Part shown: piece by piece, positions 52,001 through 58,293 of the stretch
How the letters are laid out: the number at the start of each line of letters is the position of its first letter
Position numbering within the stretch: the stretch's first letter is position 1
Virus record (IMG/VR): IMGVR_UViG_3300027972_000001
Span: 1-64,000 of that record
DNA length: 64,000 bases
From: a virus
Strand: one strand, 5' to 3'
Notes under the pieces: generated by a model
Told to the model about the DNA's origin: nothing
The model's input: the letters and a program-made list of their open reading frames with translations, nothing else
The model's database searches: none
Program-made: the position numbers and the translations under genes

Positions 52001-55000
52001 ATAGAATCTGAAAAGAAAAATCCTTTTGATATATATTGTTTATTTTCTGTAAAAGTTTTTATTTCTCCTTCTGGACTACCATGATAAAGAATATCTTTTA
52101 TTTTGCTATCTGGAAAAATATTATTTAATTCATTTTTAGTCTCACTAGTAAAACTAACTATAGGTTTTTCAACAGGTTCATCTTCTGCAAATTTATCAAG
52201 AATATCATCATATTCATCACGATTAGAAACTTCACCTAATGTTGTTTTATCTATAGTACTTTTAATATCTCCACCAGTAATAAATTGTTCAAATATATAA
52301 TTTAATTCATCAAGTTTAGTACTAATGCCAAAAGTTTGTGCAAGTTCTCTTATTATCTGTTTTAATTTAGCCCAAAAACTAGTAGTAACTTTACCTTCAG
52401 TAGTTTTAACTGTATCAAGAAATTTAGCAAAATCAGTATCAGTAAGACCATATGTAAGAAGTTCTTCAACATCTTTCATATTTAAAATGCTGATTAATTT
52501 ATTTTCTATTTCAGTTCTATCTTTTTTCTCATTTAATAATTTATATTCAGGAGTAGTAAATAAATCAGATTTAAATTTGTTAAGTTGTTCAATTAATTTA
52601 GTTTGTTCTTCTTTACTTCTAGTTCCAACTAAAGCATGTATAGTATCATGTACTAAAGCAAGAGTTGCATCAACTTTATTTTTCTTATATAACTCAACCC
52701 AGGTTTTAGTTACTGTTATAGATTTATTAGAAGGTGTGTAATACACCATAGATTTTCTACCAGTTTCTTTATCAGTTTTAGTAACATCTAATGCACCATT
52801 AAATGTAATTTTACCACTTTTAATAAAAGTATCAAGAATTTTAAATATAAAGTCATATCTTTTATCAAATTCATATTCACTACTAAATTTAGCAAAACTT
52901 GGAGTTTTAGTAACATTGGTCTTTAAATGACTTGTATCTATATTTACAATTAAAGGTACACCACCAACACCATCATATTGAGATAAAGTGAAATTACTAA
53001 TCTTCTTACCATTTTTATCAACTAATTGTCCAACATCTGTAAGAATAGTATTACTACTAATTAAATATTCTTCATATGAATTGTGTTTATTACCAAGAAT
53101 ATCAGTAAATATATTTCCATCAAAATAATCATAATTAATATTTCTTTCAAGAGAACCTAATTCATCTCTAAATTCTCTCTCATTTATTGGTTTAGTTATT
53201 TTAGTATTACCTTCAATACGTTCGTATCTAAATTTATTATTATAAAAATCATAAACAAAATAAGTTCCATTACTATTAAATCTAATATCTCTATTAGTAA
53301 CCATTAGAACATTAAAATGTTCTTGTTCATGTTGAATATTGATAATCTTTTTAAGTTCTGTAATTATATTACTTGCAGTAAGATTATGTCCCTCAACAAC
53401 AACTTGATCATTAATTCTAAATGCTTCACGAGCAAGTGCTTGTGTTTTACCAAGTTCAATAATTAAATCTCCAATTTTTTCATGTAATTGTTTAACATTA
53501 TCATCTTTAATTAAATTACTATCAATGCTATTTAATTTTATTGGAACAGGAGTAACTTTACCACTTCTACCTACAACCCCAACAAGAAAAGAAGATGCAA
53601 ATGTTGGAATAGTTCCTTGTTTAGTTATAGTTTCATTCTTATCTCTAGTATTTTCAATTACAGTTTTATTAGAATTATTTTGTATTTTAAATAATTTAAC
53701 TTTACTAGGATTATCAATTACAGAAAGATTTCTATATTTAACATTTCCTTTCTCATCTTTACTTTTAACTAAAGTTCCATCAGTAATATATGTAATTTTA
53801 CTTTCAACAATTTTATCAATATCTATTCCAATAATTTCTCTAAGTTTAGTATTCTGAATATGATCTCTAGTAAGTTTATCTTTCCAACGAACTATATTTG
53901 CAATAATTTCATTTCTTCTTAATTCAATAGGAGTAACACCATCTGTATTCTGTCCATAAAACATAACACGAGCAATATGAGTAAAAGCTTTCATACCTTG
54001 CTCACTTCTAATATCAATATCTCTACCTACTAAATCATAAAGAAGTTCACGAATATCAGCATCTATAAGTTCCAAATATATTCTAGAAATAGTAGTCTTG
54101 CTTTCATTCATTTTTTTAGCATTAAAAAATGTTTGAATAAGTGGGAGCAATCTACCAATATATTCTATTTTATTATTACTAGTACTTATATCATTAATTA
54201 TAACGTCTGTCCAGTCTTTACCATTAAAACGATACTTAACTCCGGCATGCATACCACTTAAAGTACTGACTGCAGCAATAGGAGTACGTTTATTTCCACT
54301 TATTGCTTCAATTATAATAGGTATAGTTTCTTGGTTATTCTTATTTTGGTTGAACCCCTGATCTCCGGACAATTCAGTATTGACATGGGCAACTACCTGT
54401 GAATTTTCAGCCAAAGAGTTCAAAAGAGCATTAACACGTTCAATATCTTTATCATCTACAACCTGATCACCATTATCATTACGAGTAGTTTCTAAATTAT
54501 AAAGAAATGCTCCTAATACTTCTTCACCACCAGTAGGAGTTACATTATTTATATTACTAATTTGAGCTTCTTTAAATTCATCTTTAAGTCCATAAGATTC
54601 AATAATCTTATTAACATCAGTCTTTTTTAAATTATCATCAGTATTATAAATACGTTTCTGACCTTCTTCACCTATTTTACTACTTCTAATAATACTATAC
54701 GCCTGTTTAAGATATTCAAAATCTTCTTTTAATCTTTGAACACCAACTAGTTTACCATATTTAGCAGCAATAAGTTCAAATTTAAAGAATGTACCATGTT
54801 CTGCAGATTCAACAAATAAAGGAGTACCATCATTTATAATTCTAGTTATCCATCTATTTGCCCTTGCAACTATATTTTTTGTTATGGGGTTTTGGGAAGT
54901 AAAATCAACAACAGATAGAGTTAAATCAGTAATATTAGTAGATTTATCTGTAAGTTTAGAGATTTCTGCATCATATTTAGTATTAATTTTAGCTTTTAAA

Positions 55001-58000
55001 TATTTTTCAGAAATTTCTATTGCTTTATTTAGAGCAGTTTCACGATTTTTTTCTAGTTGTTGTAAATTTTTATCATAAATAGCACCTTTATTAGCTCCAG
55101 ATTTTACAAAATATTCATCAAATTCAGTTTTTGCTTTTGTATAATCATCTATTAAATCTTTTGACATACCACTTTTTAAAGCACTTTCTATATTAAATAA
55201 TGTGGTTTTTAATTCTTCTTGTCTACGTTTTTCAATATCAACTATTAAACTAGAAAAATTATTAGATGATTCTTGTTTATACGCTTGTTCTTTAATTTCT
55301 TTTTCTATTTCATCTAATTCTTTGCCATTCAATGCAGATTTAAATTCTTCAGCATTATTAATATGTTCTTGTGATTTATTACTTCCAGTAGGAGTAGTTG
55401 TTTCAGTATTAGTTATATATCCAGCAATAACAAGAAATTCATTTATAAATTCTTCTATTACATTTCCTTTAGTAAGAGCATTAAACATATTATTTAAAGC
55501 ATCTCTTAACTGATTTCTAGTTGCCTGACCATACATATCAAATAAACTAGGATCAGATAACATAGCAAAGAAATCACCAATACTATTAAGTGTATTAGGA
55601 TCTGTAGGTTTTGCTATTTCTTTAAGAATAGTATTTGCAAAATGTGTACTACGTTTTCCAGTGAATTGACTTTTAACACCTACAACACCTAACTTAAGAA
55701 AAGCATCAGATAATTTATTAACAAGTGCTGTATTTTTGACTTCTACATTACTACTACTTTGTTCATCAGCAATCATTAATGTTTTTTGATTTACTAATAT
55801 ACTTCTTCTTTTTTCAAGAACATCAATATATGCTTCTAATCTATCTTTATTTAATTTCTTAGTAGGTTTAGCTTCAGTAACAAAAGGATCTAAATTATCT
55901 TTTTTAAGTTGTTCTAAAGTATCATCAATAACTTTAATTTTAGCATCCATTGTAGAACTAGTATCTACTTTAGGATCTACTTTAGTATTCTCACCTATTT
56001 TAACTCTAAATGTCTCAAATTGTTTACTATATTCTTTATCAGTTTCAACTTTAAGTTTATTCTCAATAGTAGGAATACTCTTGTTAGTATTCATTACTTC
56101 TTCATATAAACTATTATCAACATGAAGAAATAATTCATAAACTTTAGCTTCTGCTTCAGCTTTTATAATATCATTAATAGAATCAAAGTCACCTACTGCT
56201 TTATTATCTCCTAACTCTTTATCATGAAGTTTAAATTCATCTTTATATTGCTTAACTTTCTCTTTAGCAATATTCTTAGCAATTGGATCACCCCACTCTT
56301 CTACTTCAGTGTCAAGATATTTAATAACTTCAGCATTAATAAGATTATCTAAAGTTCCCTCAAAATCTTTATCTTTATTTTGTTCTTTAAGAGCATCTAA
56401 AGCTGGATTATTAGTTCGTAAATTAGTTGCTCTTTGTTTAGCATTATTACGCAATTTAGTTGTTTGTTCAACTTCAAATTTCTTATTTATTGCTTCATTA
56501 ATAATGAGATTTCTTAAATGTGGTTTACTACTTGTTGCAGTAAATATTTTGTTATATGTTGCTTTAAAAGTATGTTCGGCATCAAGAATATTCTTTTTAA
56601 GACTGACTAAATCTTTACTAAAATTAACTTCATCTGTCAATCCAAGTTCAATCATTTTCTTTTTAAATCCTTCATGTTCAACCATCTCAAGTAATGAATT
56701 AATATTACCTGAAAGTGAAGCATTAAATCCAAGATCATATCCTAATACTGTTTTGACTCTATCAATCATATCCTTTTGAGACTGTTCAATAGTTTCTTTA
56801 TCACCAACAAAAGGAGTATTAGTATTTATATTAATTCCTTTTTGAATGTCACTAATATTATTAGCACGATTAGCAAGTTTAATATATCTATTTTGAATTT
56901 CACCAATCTTCATTTCAGTACTATGAGGATCTTTGAAATCATTAATAGTTTCTTTTATAGAACCAATAGTACGTGCACCACCACTGAATGCTACACCACC
57001 AGCAAATCCCCAAAATGCTTGTTCCCAACTACTAGGATCTTGAAGATATTCATGTATTCTATCTACAAAATCTTTATCTTTTTCACTACCTAATAGATGT
57101 TTACCATACCAATTAGCATCAGATTGAGAAATAGCATTTACAAGTTCTTCTACTCCTTCTGTCATTTGCTCACCAACTAACACAGTTCCCCCCTTAAAAA
57201 AAGAAGATGCGTTGAAACGTGGTTTAGTAATAACGCCAGGTTCTAATATATTAGCTTGTGCAGCTTTTACTTTAGCACTTTCTAGCCAACCTGCAGTTCT
57301 AGTTTTAACTTTAAATCCTTTAAATATTGGAGCAAGTTGCATTGCATCAAATATAACATTGACTGCATTCATACCATAATCTTTCCATGCTCCTTTACTA
57401 GCTATAAAATTAGCAAGTTCAAGTTTATCTGGAGTTCTACCTTCTGCAAGAAACTCTTGTCCAACTTCAGAATTTAGAACTTTTTGATATTCTTCATCAT
57501 CTTGAAATAATTTAAATGCTTCTTCTTTAAGCGTATTAAATACTCCACTAGCTTCTCTCATATTTTCTGCATTACGCATAGCAATAGCAGAATGAGTAAG
57601 ACCTTGCCAATATTTTTCAGTAGCAAATATATCAGATGCAGCAATAAATGCTTTAGAAACACCTGTCATTTTATTAAGTCTACTAAGTGCAGCAATTTTT
57701 TGAAGTCCTTTACTAAAATAACCAGCAGCTTTAGCTTCACCAAGTGCAGGAATTAACATTCCTAAAGTACTAAATACACTAACAGCATTGCTAGTCCACC
57801 ATCCAAAATCTTTCCAATCAAATGATTTACCAGGATTATATCTAAATATAGGAGTTTTATTTCCTAATTCTTCGGTAATATTATCTGCAAATTTAGTCAT
57901 AAAATTACTAAAATCTGCATCTCTTCCTGCTATTTCATCTGCAATAGCATCAGGTAATTCCAATAACCCACCAACACCACCAATAACTCCTTGAGCAAGT

Positions 58001-58290
58001 ATTTCTCCTATTACACCTTGACTAAACATATTACCTACTTTACTCCAAGCAGATTGATTCTGAGCAGCCTGACGTTCTAAATTAACATTAGGATATATTT
58101 CATCTATAAAACGTTTATATTTATCACTATTTGGCTGGTATAAACTTAAATCAGAACTAATATTATTCATATTAGTATCAATCTTAAATTTACTATTAAT
58201 TGGTGCTATTTTTTCAACACTTTTTGGAGTAACAGTAAGAGAAGGATTAATCTTTAACCCTTTATTAATAGGAGTAAGTTCGTTAGTCAT
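40099..58290 (-). CDS. Giant virion RNA polymerase polyprotein (6063 aa)
   Basis: GYRIP and GSDFDMD (DxDxD metal loop, 47548-47562) match crAss-type vRNAP. Accessory modules and hydrophobic terminal segments are present. Confidence 0.92.
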   Translation of the reverse strand: MTNELTPINKGLKINPSLTVTPKSVEKIAPINSKFKIDTNMNNISSDLSLYQPNSDKYKRFIDEIYPNVNLERQAAQNQSAWSKVGNMFSQGVIGEILAQGVIGGVGGLLELPDAIADEIAGRDADFSNFMTKFADNITEELGNKTPIFRYNPGKSFDWKDFGWWTSNAVSVFSTLGMLIPALGEAKAAGYFSKGLQKIAALSRLNKMTGVSKAFIAASDIFATEKYWQGLTHSAIAMRNAENMREASGVFNTLKEEAFKLFQDDEEYQKVLNSEVGQEFLAEGRTPDKLELANFIASKGAWKDYGMNAVNVIFDAMQLAPIFKGFKVKTRTAGWLESAKVKAAQANILEPGVITKPRFNASSFFKGGTVLVGEQMTEGVEELVNAISQSDANWYGKHLLGSEKDKDFVDRIHEYLQDPSSWEQAFWGFAGGVAFSGGARTIGSIKETINDFKDPHSTEMKIGEIQNRYIKLANRANNISDIQKGININTNTPFVGDKETIEQSQKDMIDRVKTVLGYDLGFNASLSGNINSLLEMVEHEGFKKKMIELGLTDEVNFSKDLVSLKKNILDAEHTFKATYNKIFTATSSKPHLRNLIINEAINKKFEVEQTTKLRNNAKQRATNLRTNNPALDALKEQNKDKDFEGTLDNLINAEVIKYLDTEVEEWGDPIAKNIAKEKVKQYKDEFKLHDKELGDNKAVGDFDSINDIIKAEAEAKVYELFLHVDNSLYEEVMNTNKSIPTIENKLKVETDKEYSKQFETFRVKIGENTKVDPKVDTSSTMDAKIKVIDDTLEQLKKDNLDPFVTEAKPTKKLNKDRLEAYIDVLEKRRSILVNQKTLMIADEQSSSNVEVKNTALVNKLSDAFLKLGVVGVKSQFTGKRSTHFANTILKEIAKPTDPNTLNSIGDFFAMLSDPSLFDMYGQATRNQLRDALNNMFNALTKGNVIEEFINEFLVIAGYITNTETTTPTGSNKSQEHINNAEEFKSALNGKELDEIEKEIKEQAYKQESSNNFSSLIVDIEKRRQEELKTTLFNIESALKSGMSKDLIDDYTKAKTEFDEYFVKSGANKGAIYDKNLQQLEKNRETALNKAIEISEKYLKAKINTKYDAEISKLTDKSTNITDLTLSVVDFTSQNPITKNIVARANRWITRIINDGTPLFVESAEHGTFFKFELIAAKYGKLVGVQRLKEDFEYLKQAYSIIRSSKIGEEGQKRIYNTDDNLKKTDVNKIIESYGLKDEFKEAQISNINNVTPTGGEEVLGAFLYNLETTRNDNGDQVVDDKDIERVNALLNSLAENSQVVAHVNTELSGDQGFNQNKNNQETIPIIIEAISGNKRTPIAAVSTLSGMHAGVKYRFNGKDWTDVIINDISTSNNKIEYIGRLLPLIQTFFNAKKMNESKTTISRIYLELIDADIRELLYDLVGRDIDIRSEQGMKAFTHIARVMFYGQNTDGVTPIELRRNEIIANIVRWKDKLTRDHIQNTKLREIIGIDIDKIVESKITYITDGTLVKSKDEKGNVKYRNLSVIDNPSKVKLFKIQNNSNKTVIENTRDKNETITKQGTIPTFASSFLVGVVGRSGKVTPVPIKLNSIDSNLIKDDNVKQLHEKIGDLIIELGKTQALAREAFRINDQVVVEGHNLTASNIITELKKIINIQHEQEHFNVLMVTNRDIRFNSNGTYFVYDFYNNKFRYERIEGNTKITKPINEREFRDELGSLERNINYDYFDGNIFTDILGNKHNSYEEYLISSNTILTDVGQLVDKNGKKISNFTLSQYDGVGGVPLIVNIDTSHLKTNVTKTPSFAKFSSEYEFDKRYDFIFKILDTFIKSGKITFNGALDVTKTDKETGRKSMVYYTPSNKSITVTKTWVELYKKNKVDATLALVHDTIHALVGTRSKEEQTKLIEQLNKFKSDLFTTPEYKLLNEKKDRTEIENKLISILNMKDVEELLTYGLTDTDFAKFLDTVKTTEGKVTTSFWAKLKQIIRELAQTFGISTKLDELNYIFEQFITGGDIKSTIDKTTLGEVSNRDEYDDILDKFAEDEPVEKPIVSFTSETKNELNNIFPDSKIKDILYHGSPEGEIKTFTENKQYISKGFFFSDSIEHAKKMSEYRAGTPFITEVVLNIINPLIEDFTPSINIKETKPQVIERAKREGYDSIILNTTDLNIKIKEYIVFKPEQIHTIISEKDVKSISYSSTVNKELTGSPFELDQEVNVLNVLSNLFIEKVSASYKGVKGKDIDPNAIRSDLVRELAKQATLRKNEGTLTYDQKVLITKVLEELSSNDRFWKYFRIHLSNQYGYKINEKEEYIEDVELLDKSWDSSDVVIVNPLITVNDQIKNLINKTYELDPNSIQIIDGKIIWRTNTNTPTGFANTLVYAERGNKIMDLMRGCLTKEDMLTALFNYATNKESVFAKSLYSIHKELSNNPDLLNAWFVSFDKAIIDSYRDLIRTDYTGDYETTELTLTNVNRNAVEYHIADKWANLIISRGENNFYDKDWIENYDKLYKETATLSSNFTKLDPEIGANIVQLYYLVGIDITLDSINYEYLNNRNEFINGIITPLRNIKGIPGVKYKLYETPYIDRLQATPKTIFNEFGNLLRLAKKVKYFREDHFSFSNINVTGNLVFDANKPDSLSNFFKKLEGGDDSVYNALINYTTILSNQHSLLLWGDEYIDNEIVKKGRGIFDYKIVDGIRKATTINTTNLSNFKSFRYSGTKDLTEGIATEYHKLTKYDWTLRNLIYYFGGGKITTKKEVNEKLTAIFPMINPSDGKNTRLFEAPIIELNFVDYTKLLLAKKETDINKSLELVREIPIFKAIYLNAIDELIAMNTAKQVLFELKDGKAIDDGNFGFVLKKEFQNDVKSGQLFYHYKLKDGVKKYLTFTKDTDGTYRLDTTSSGNIFDINNLTVTMGNKQITFNSIFINNTNFIKYLMLSNSLNSAIHTPLIEGDPNSTFKNRLEQFILRFISQQINIADEKLSVYKDFLTTAYVKKENVGREDKTFILKDKNFNNAIAEYALNTYLFNVEQVRLFYGSVADYKSNIDLNKRGRQIIANGIPSVHKGFYSGATISDVKLKSKIYRHKINTLLYALNINKDKVRISRLEKIYTDKELSTNKIVINDKEQTLFRPEEKEIYNLVSPYLSNDSANAVSFVTFDEFEKRIHGFGLTEQYSTILNKVRNGGELNREDTMRFASMQKNFYYSIDRNDDLQKMIPTQVKNAEIILTPALIKDLQLDSLNKIMIKLDIPQINLGSAEKIGSLYIATIADEDGNIVDDDTLEKELIKAKRNYNYEGLRMQLEVPDAIFEETITLSRQFAKKIIENIPDTGVDYIVNGKTLNGVELKNHYFELINSNVFQSAIKTLLPFDVRVDKDGNIIGDIDYNVIVDILEKEGIDRNLSKNLLFSVQIGDTGDSRVPIFFNTQSAQCEHILTSLFTNGVTNQKFPGLHGAQMSSLFMNKKQGVKWSDLESIDGINWHKSVGVKTNPAGKVINRNDIKLRSTILFDEKEGMVQEAEVLLPRWAKQFYKDGEYVDINTLSDEVRTMVGYRIPMEAKYSAYVFKVVGFLPDDNGPSIVLPDDFVTQTGSDFDMDHVYAFIYNLHTKVTTEIVDNKPTSIYTVERIPYTEDNNLDSRAQAIMEDHSQLVHILALKLNNDKLIDIVTSLDEAKQEYYDSLDKTSEVNKKHKPQFDKIDSINKRISKAKGKEKKALYLEKAEVFAQIMSDEAYIYFKDKVEYINVKARVKEIISSLPILEQNTRKARENQILNIYYGILTNKYHYAETIATSNFKSITESKKEIDEKFNVIDQRVNNLTFDGQQHYRDKSHQGRDLKGISLASDRFNSIAQVARIHLTERLKDEKNNINNNITLPIIEYIVNPEQKKQLIENYGKDVRFETRGTTNNTKEYAIVTHRFINNNPNNTFKNVEGQLISSYSAQTTANILDNVAFPLPRNVNEYTVNIWKMLVSLGSTFKVSTAFINQPIIHDLVNTLFANLNNVKRGSEIEQTKRKFQTLLYRVMIKGDAEHNKGWDEKINNKQSIFIGGKDAVRNQQYDYLGYKNNLGITLNHETLLNNVNTVTLDDFGNMQEINDILASENPDTNRLKEIENHLRYQLQIIETFKHYKAYSDAITDGTHVLNTDTLGAGPTFDVTHSLEFDINRTEKVGILEINDTSAMHQIFPKFFNLTKPSVYPTLEQFFIFSNQLSVKAFGEYFIGQSELYRFIKSKLNDYVTDKKYDKKLAESITSYLNNSLLKDLPWLNDISIEEKRTLLGINTELNLNLDLKNPESITDFEQLSLANQIILLHDQLKYDENHIINSLKVSTQAQELKRNRHYKVEYINNENLDKVSQSFNDLWYSENILEKIVARNLLKYEYITNGFGFGFSSFSKIIPNTVFYYGNEPFMEGSYNEKGIGLSTHLYGKLNLVNRLLFDEKDLDADLDAGSQLIFNSNYKERYIKSHWTEDKIVPDASGLKYIDNTTQNEDGTTGGKVRYFQVNKQGIISIPAKTLDNIPTGRIANRVKERQVIKLGKTTKDGVKYQLFQRYDNFVNVDTFGNRFGVFYYYPINKLEYSENEEQSVFEDNNQDFNGSELQSPDDYIGIINVLEKQRQVNEVIYKEPLPMSYTRTHDAFRDGLEQYNSTLDLVRAGERTATTRYADTGEAQKWELAKVGTYIRLKGTDEYVKVTKKLTHIDLSSLPAREEWSKKEGWDITVSHPLEKRTDLFQFEYEYIGTLQDVMKDSNTGISEEGEVTEDDNELIIENKYNWSRFSTRGYEVSSAGDKRFSAFYAILKPGAKLMQVSDTTGELSTLMRSMSIEEHYQIDIKGYNSIKEGKGKPALTDITREQQWQYYLDGWREWAKQNPELIEELRSLVKNEILTDKFATSDINQARALAQILNETQKEGQLDIKFVSYTSSTNQGINNAIDSANKFIEKTTTSYANRIQFLKEFKKAGTLSDAANLLNDKNFQKLIGQNDLANLAKGLITVLKQYDFDLNDPKTETRKGGIIARVQEFENMDMNVIISDPVVRKEFTGFIKWATSFIKGVTSFDVLTSVDGNEFIEEEKVINDLIKQLQNLIPSIKNVETKVAKLWNDFEERDLYQYTKNPEIVAGLRRIIDIGDDENLIQLKLDSLADTNNAFAALMVKKYMVKVSNGEDESSKEIGKFEALLRKTFGGRNITSLTTADFNKYLERKNGKPTGKLIQKYDWDKFYTDKNAKFKYLIKTYGRNSQSYYNGRDAWYRDNEIQNITEEEFNNLVRRKQEELSTPEFNAWKYRNVREYDGKMQFLVSDSLLSVPSDKYLNPAWIAIKDDELYQKFVEIIDKYTDYFGKATILNRGFIPSLSNEEKENITIAEKVKHWIDIHKARKQSDSFVGENNEMVYLLTVPMVNYFGTTEEIKIAPKEKDELESDYERRVIQDVAVAGKGKFNTLGAIYVENKRIRKLNDEEHAGKINYNLGEVFSQFIREATMYKVKADMKHEFDLGLYQIRNMEFTKRNSKRELLKNKAGSKALDKEVIGTTGGEGTNLEQHFAEWLEAIFYGNFDIDEGAWTVIGNMLLKFTSAKNMWFNVTAGINNVMIGKIQVQLEAFAGWYFKHNNLVKADKMYMSAIPDMLINLGSTKAGTLTNAIIKKLNIAQNTNERDFTTGMLKSNLLSWSSAYFLNDIGEHYMQNVSTLSMLDHHRIINGKIMSLAEYQQQNYIDALNKILDDTEKTRLAEYLKERYKKEEFKESKKDYLRDFILNLPIIKGNAFVEAKKELDKTTFTNFESNPKLIDAFYLNDDGYADLKDEIEIDGKKYNTKLDDNEYALFRIKALKVVQKQQGIYNKEDAATISRWVIGRMGMQFKKHVRPGWNKRFGAKFWKSFWTESRDEWNKGAYVSLFKFLASPFSRHKYLDVDEAKQFHGMMGRILEDMHHFATNIGLYWNTLDDFEKGNVKRAVLDHIYLATVLVVGLILKNLKPDDDDDENFAYDLSVYEIDKLLSEVMMFTPFGLINEGQKMLKSPAAVQGTILDTYKLISNLVGYPFQTDKERRYVTGAYAKELKIKVNAIKLVPIWNKIQQMQRINKTNKYYILFRG

Positions 58291-58293
58291 TAA

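Noticed and set aside
41896-57994. Plus-strand ORFs within the vRNAP gene, and similar ones at 192, 3834, 4587, 5346, 5826, 6815, 6987 and 61915
   Set aside because: They are antisense shadows of well-supported minus-strand genes, with Ser/Leu/Phe/Ile-biased composition.
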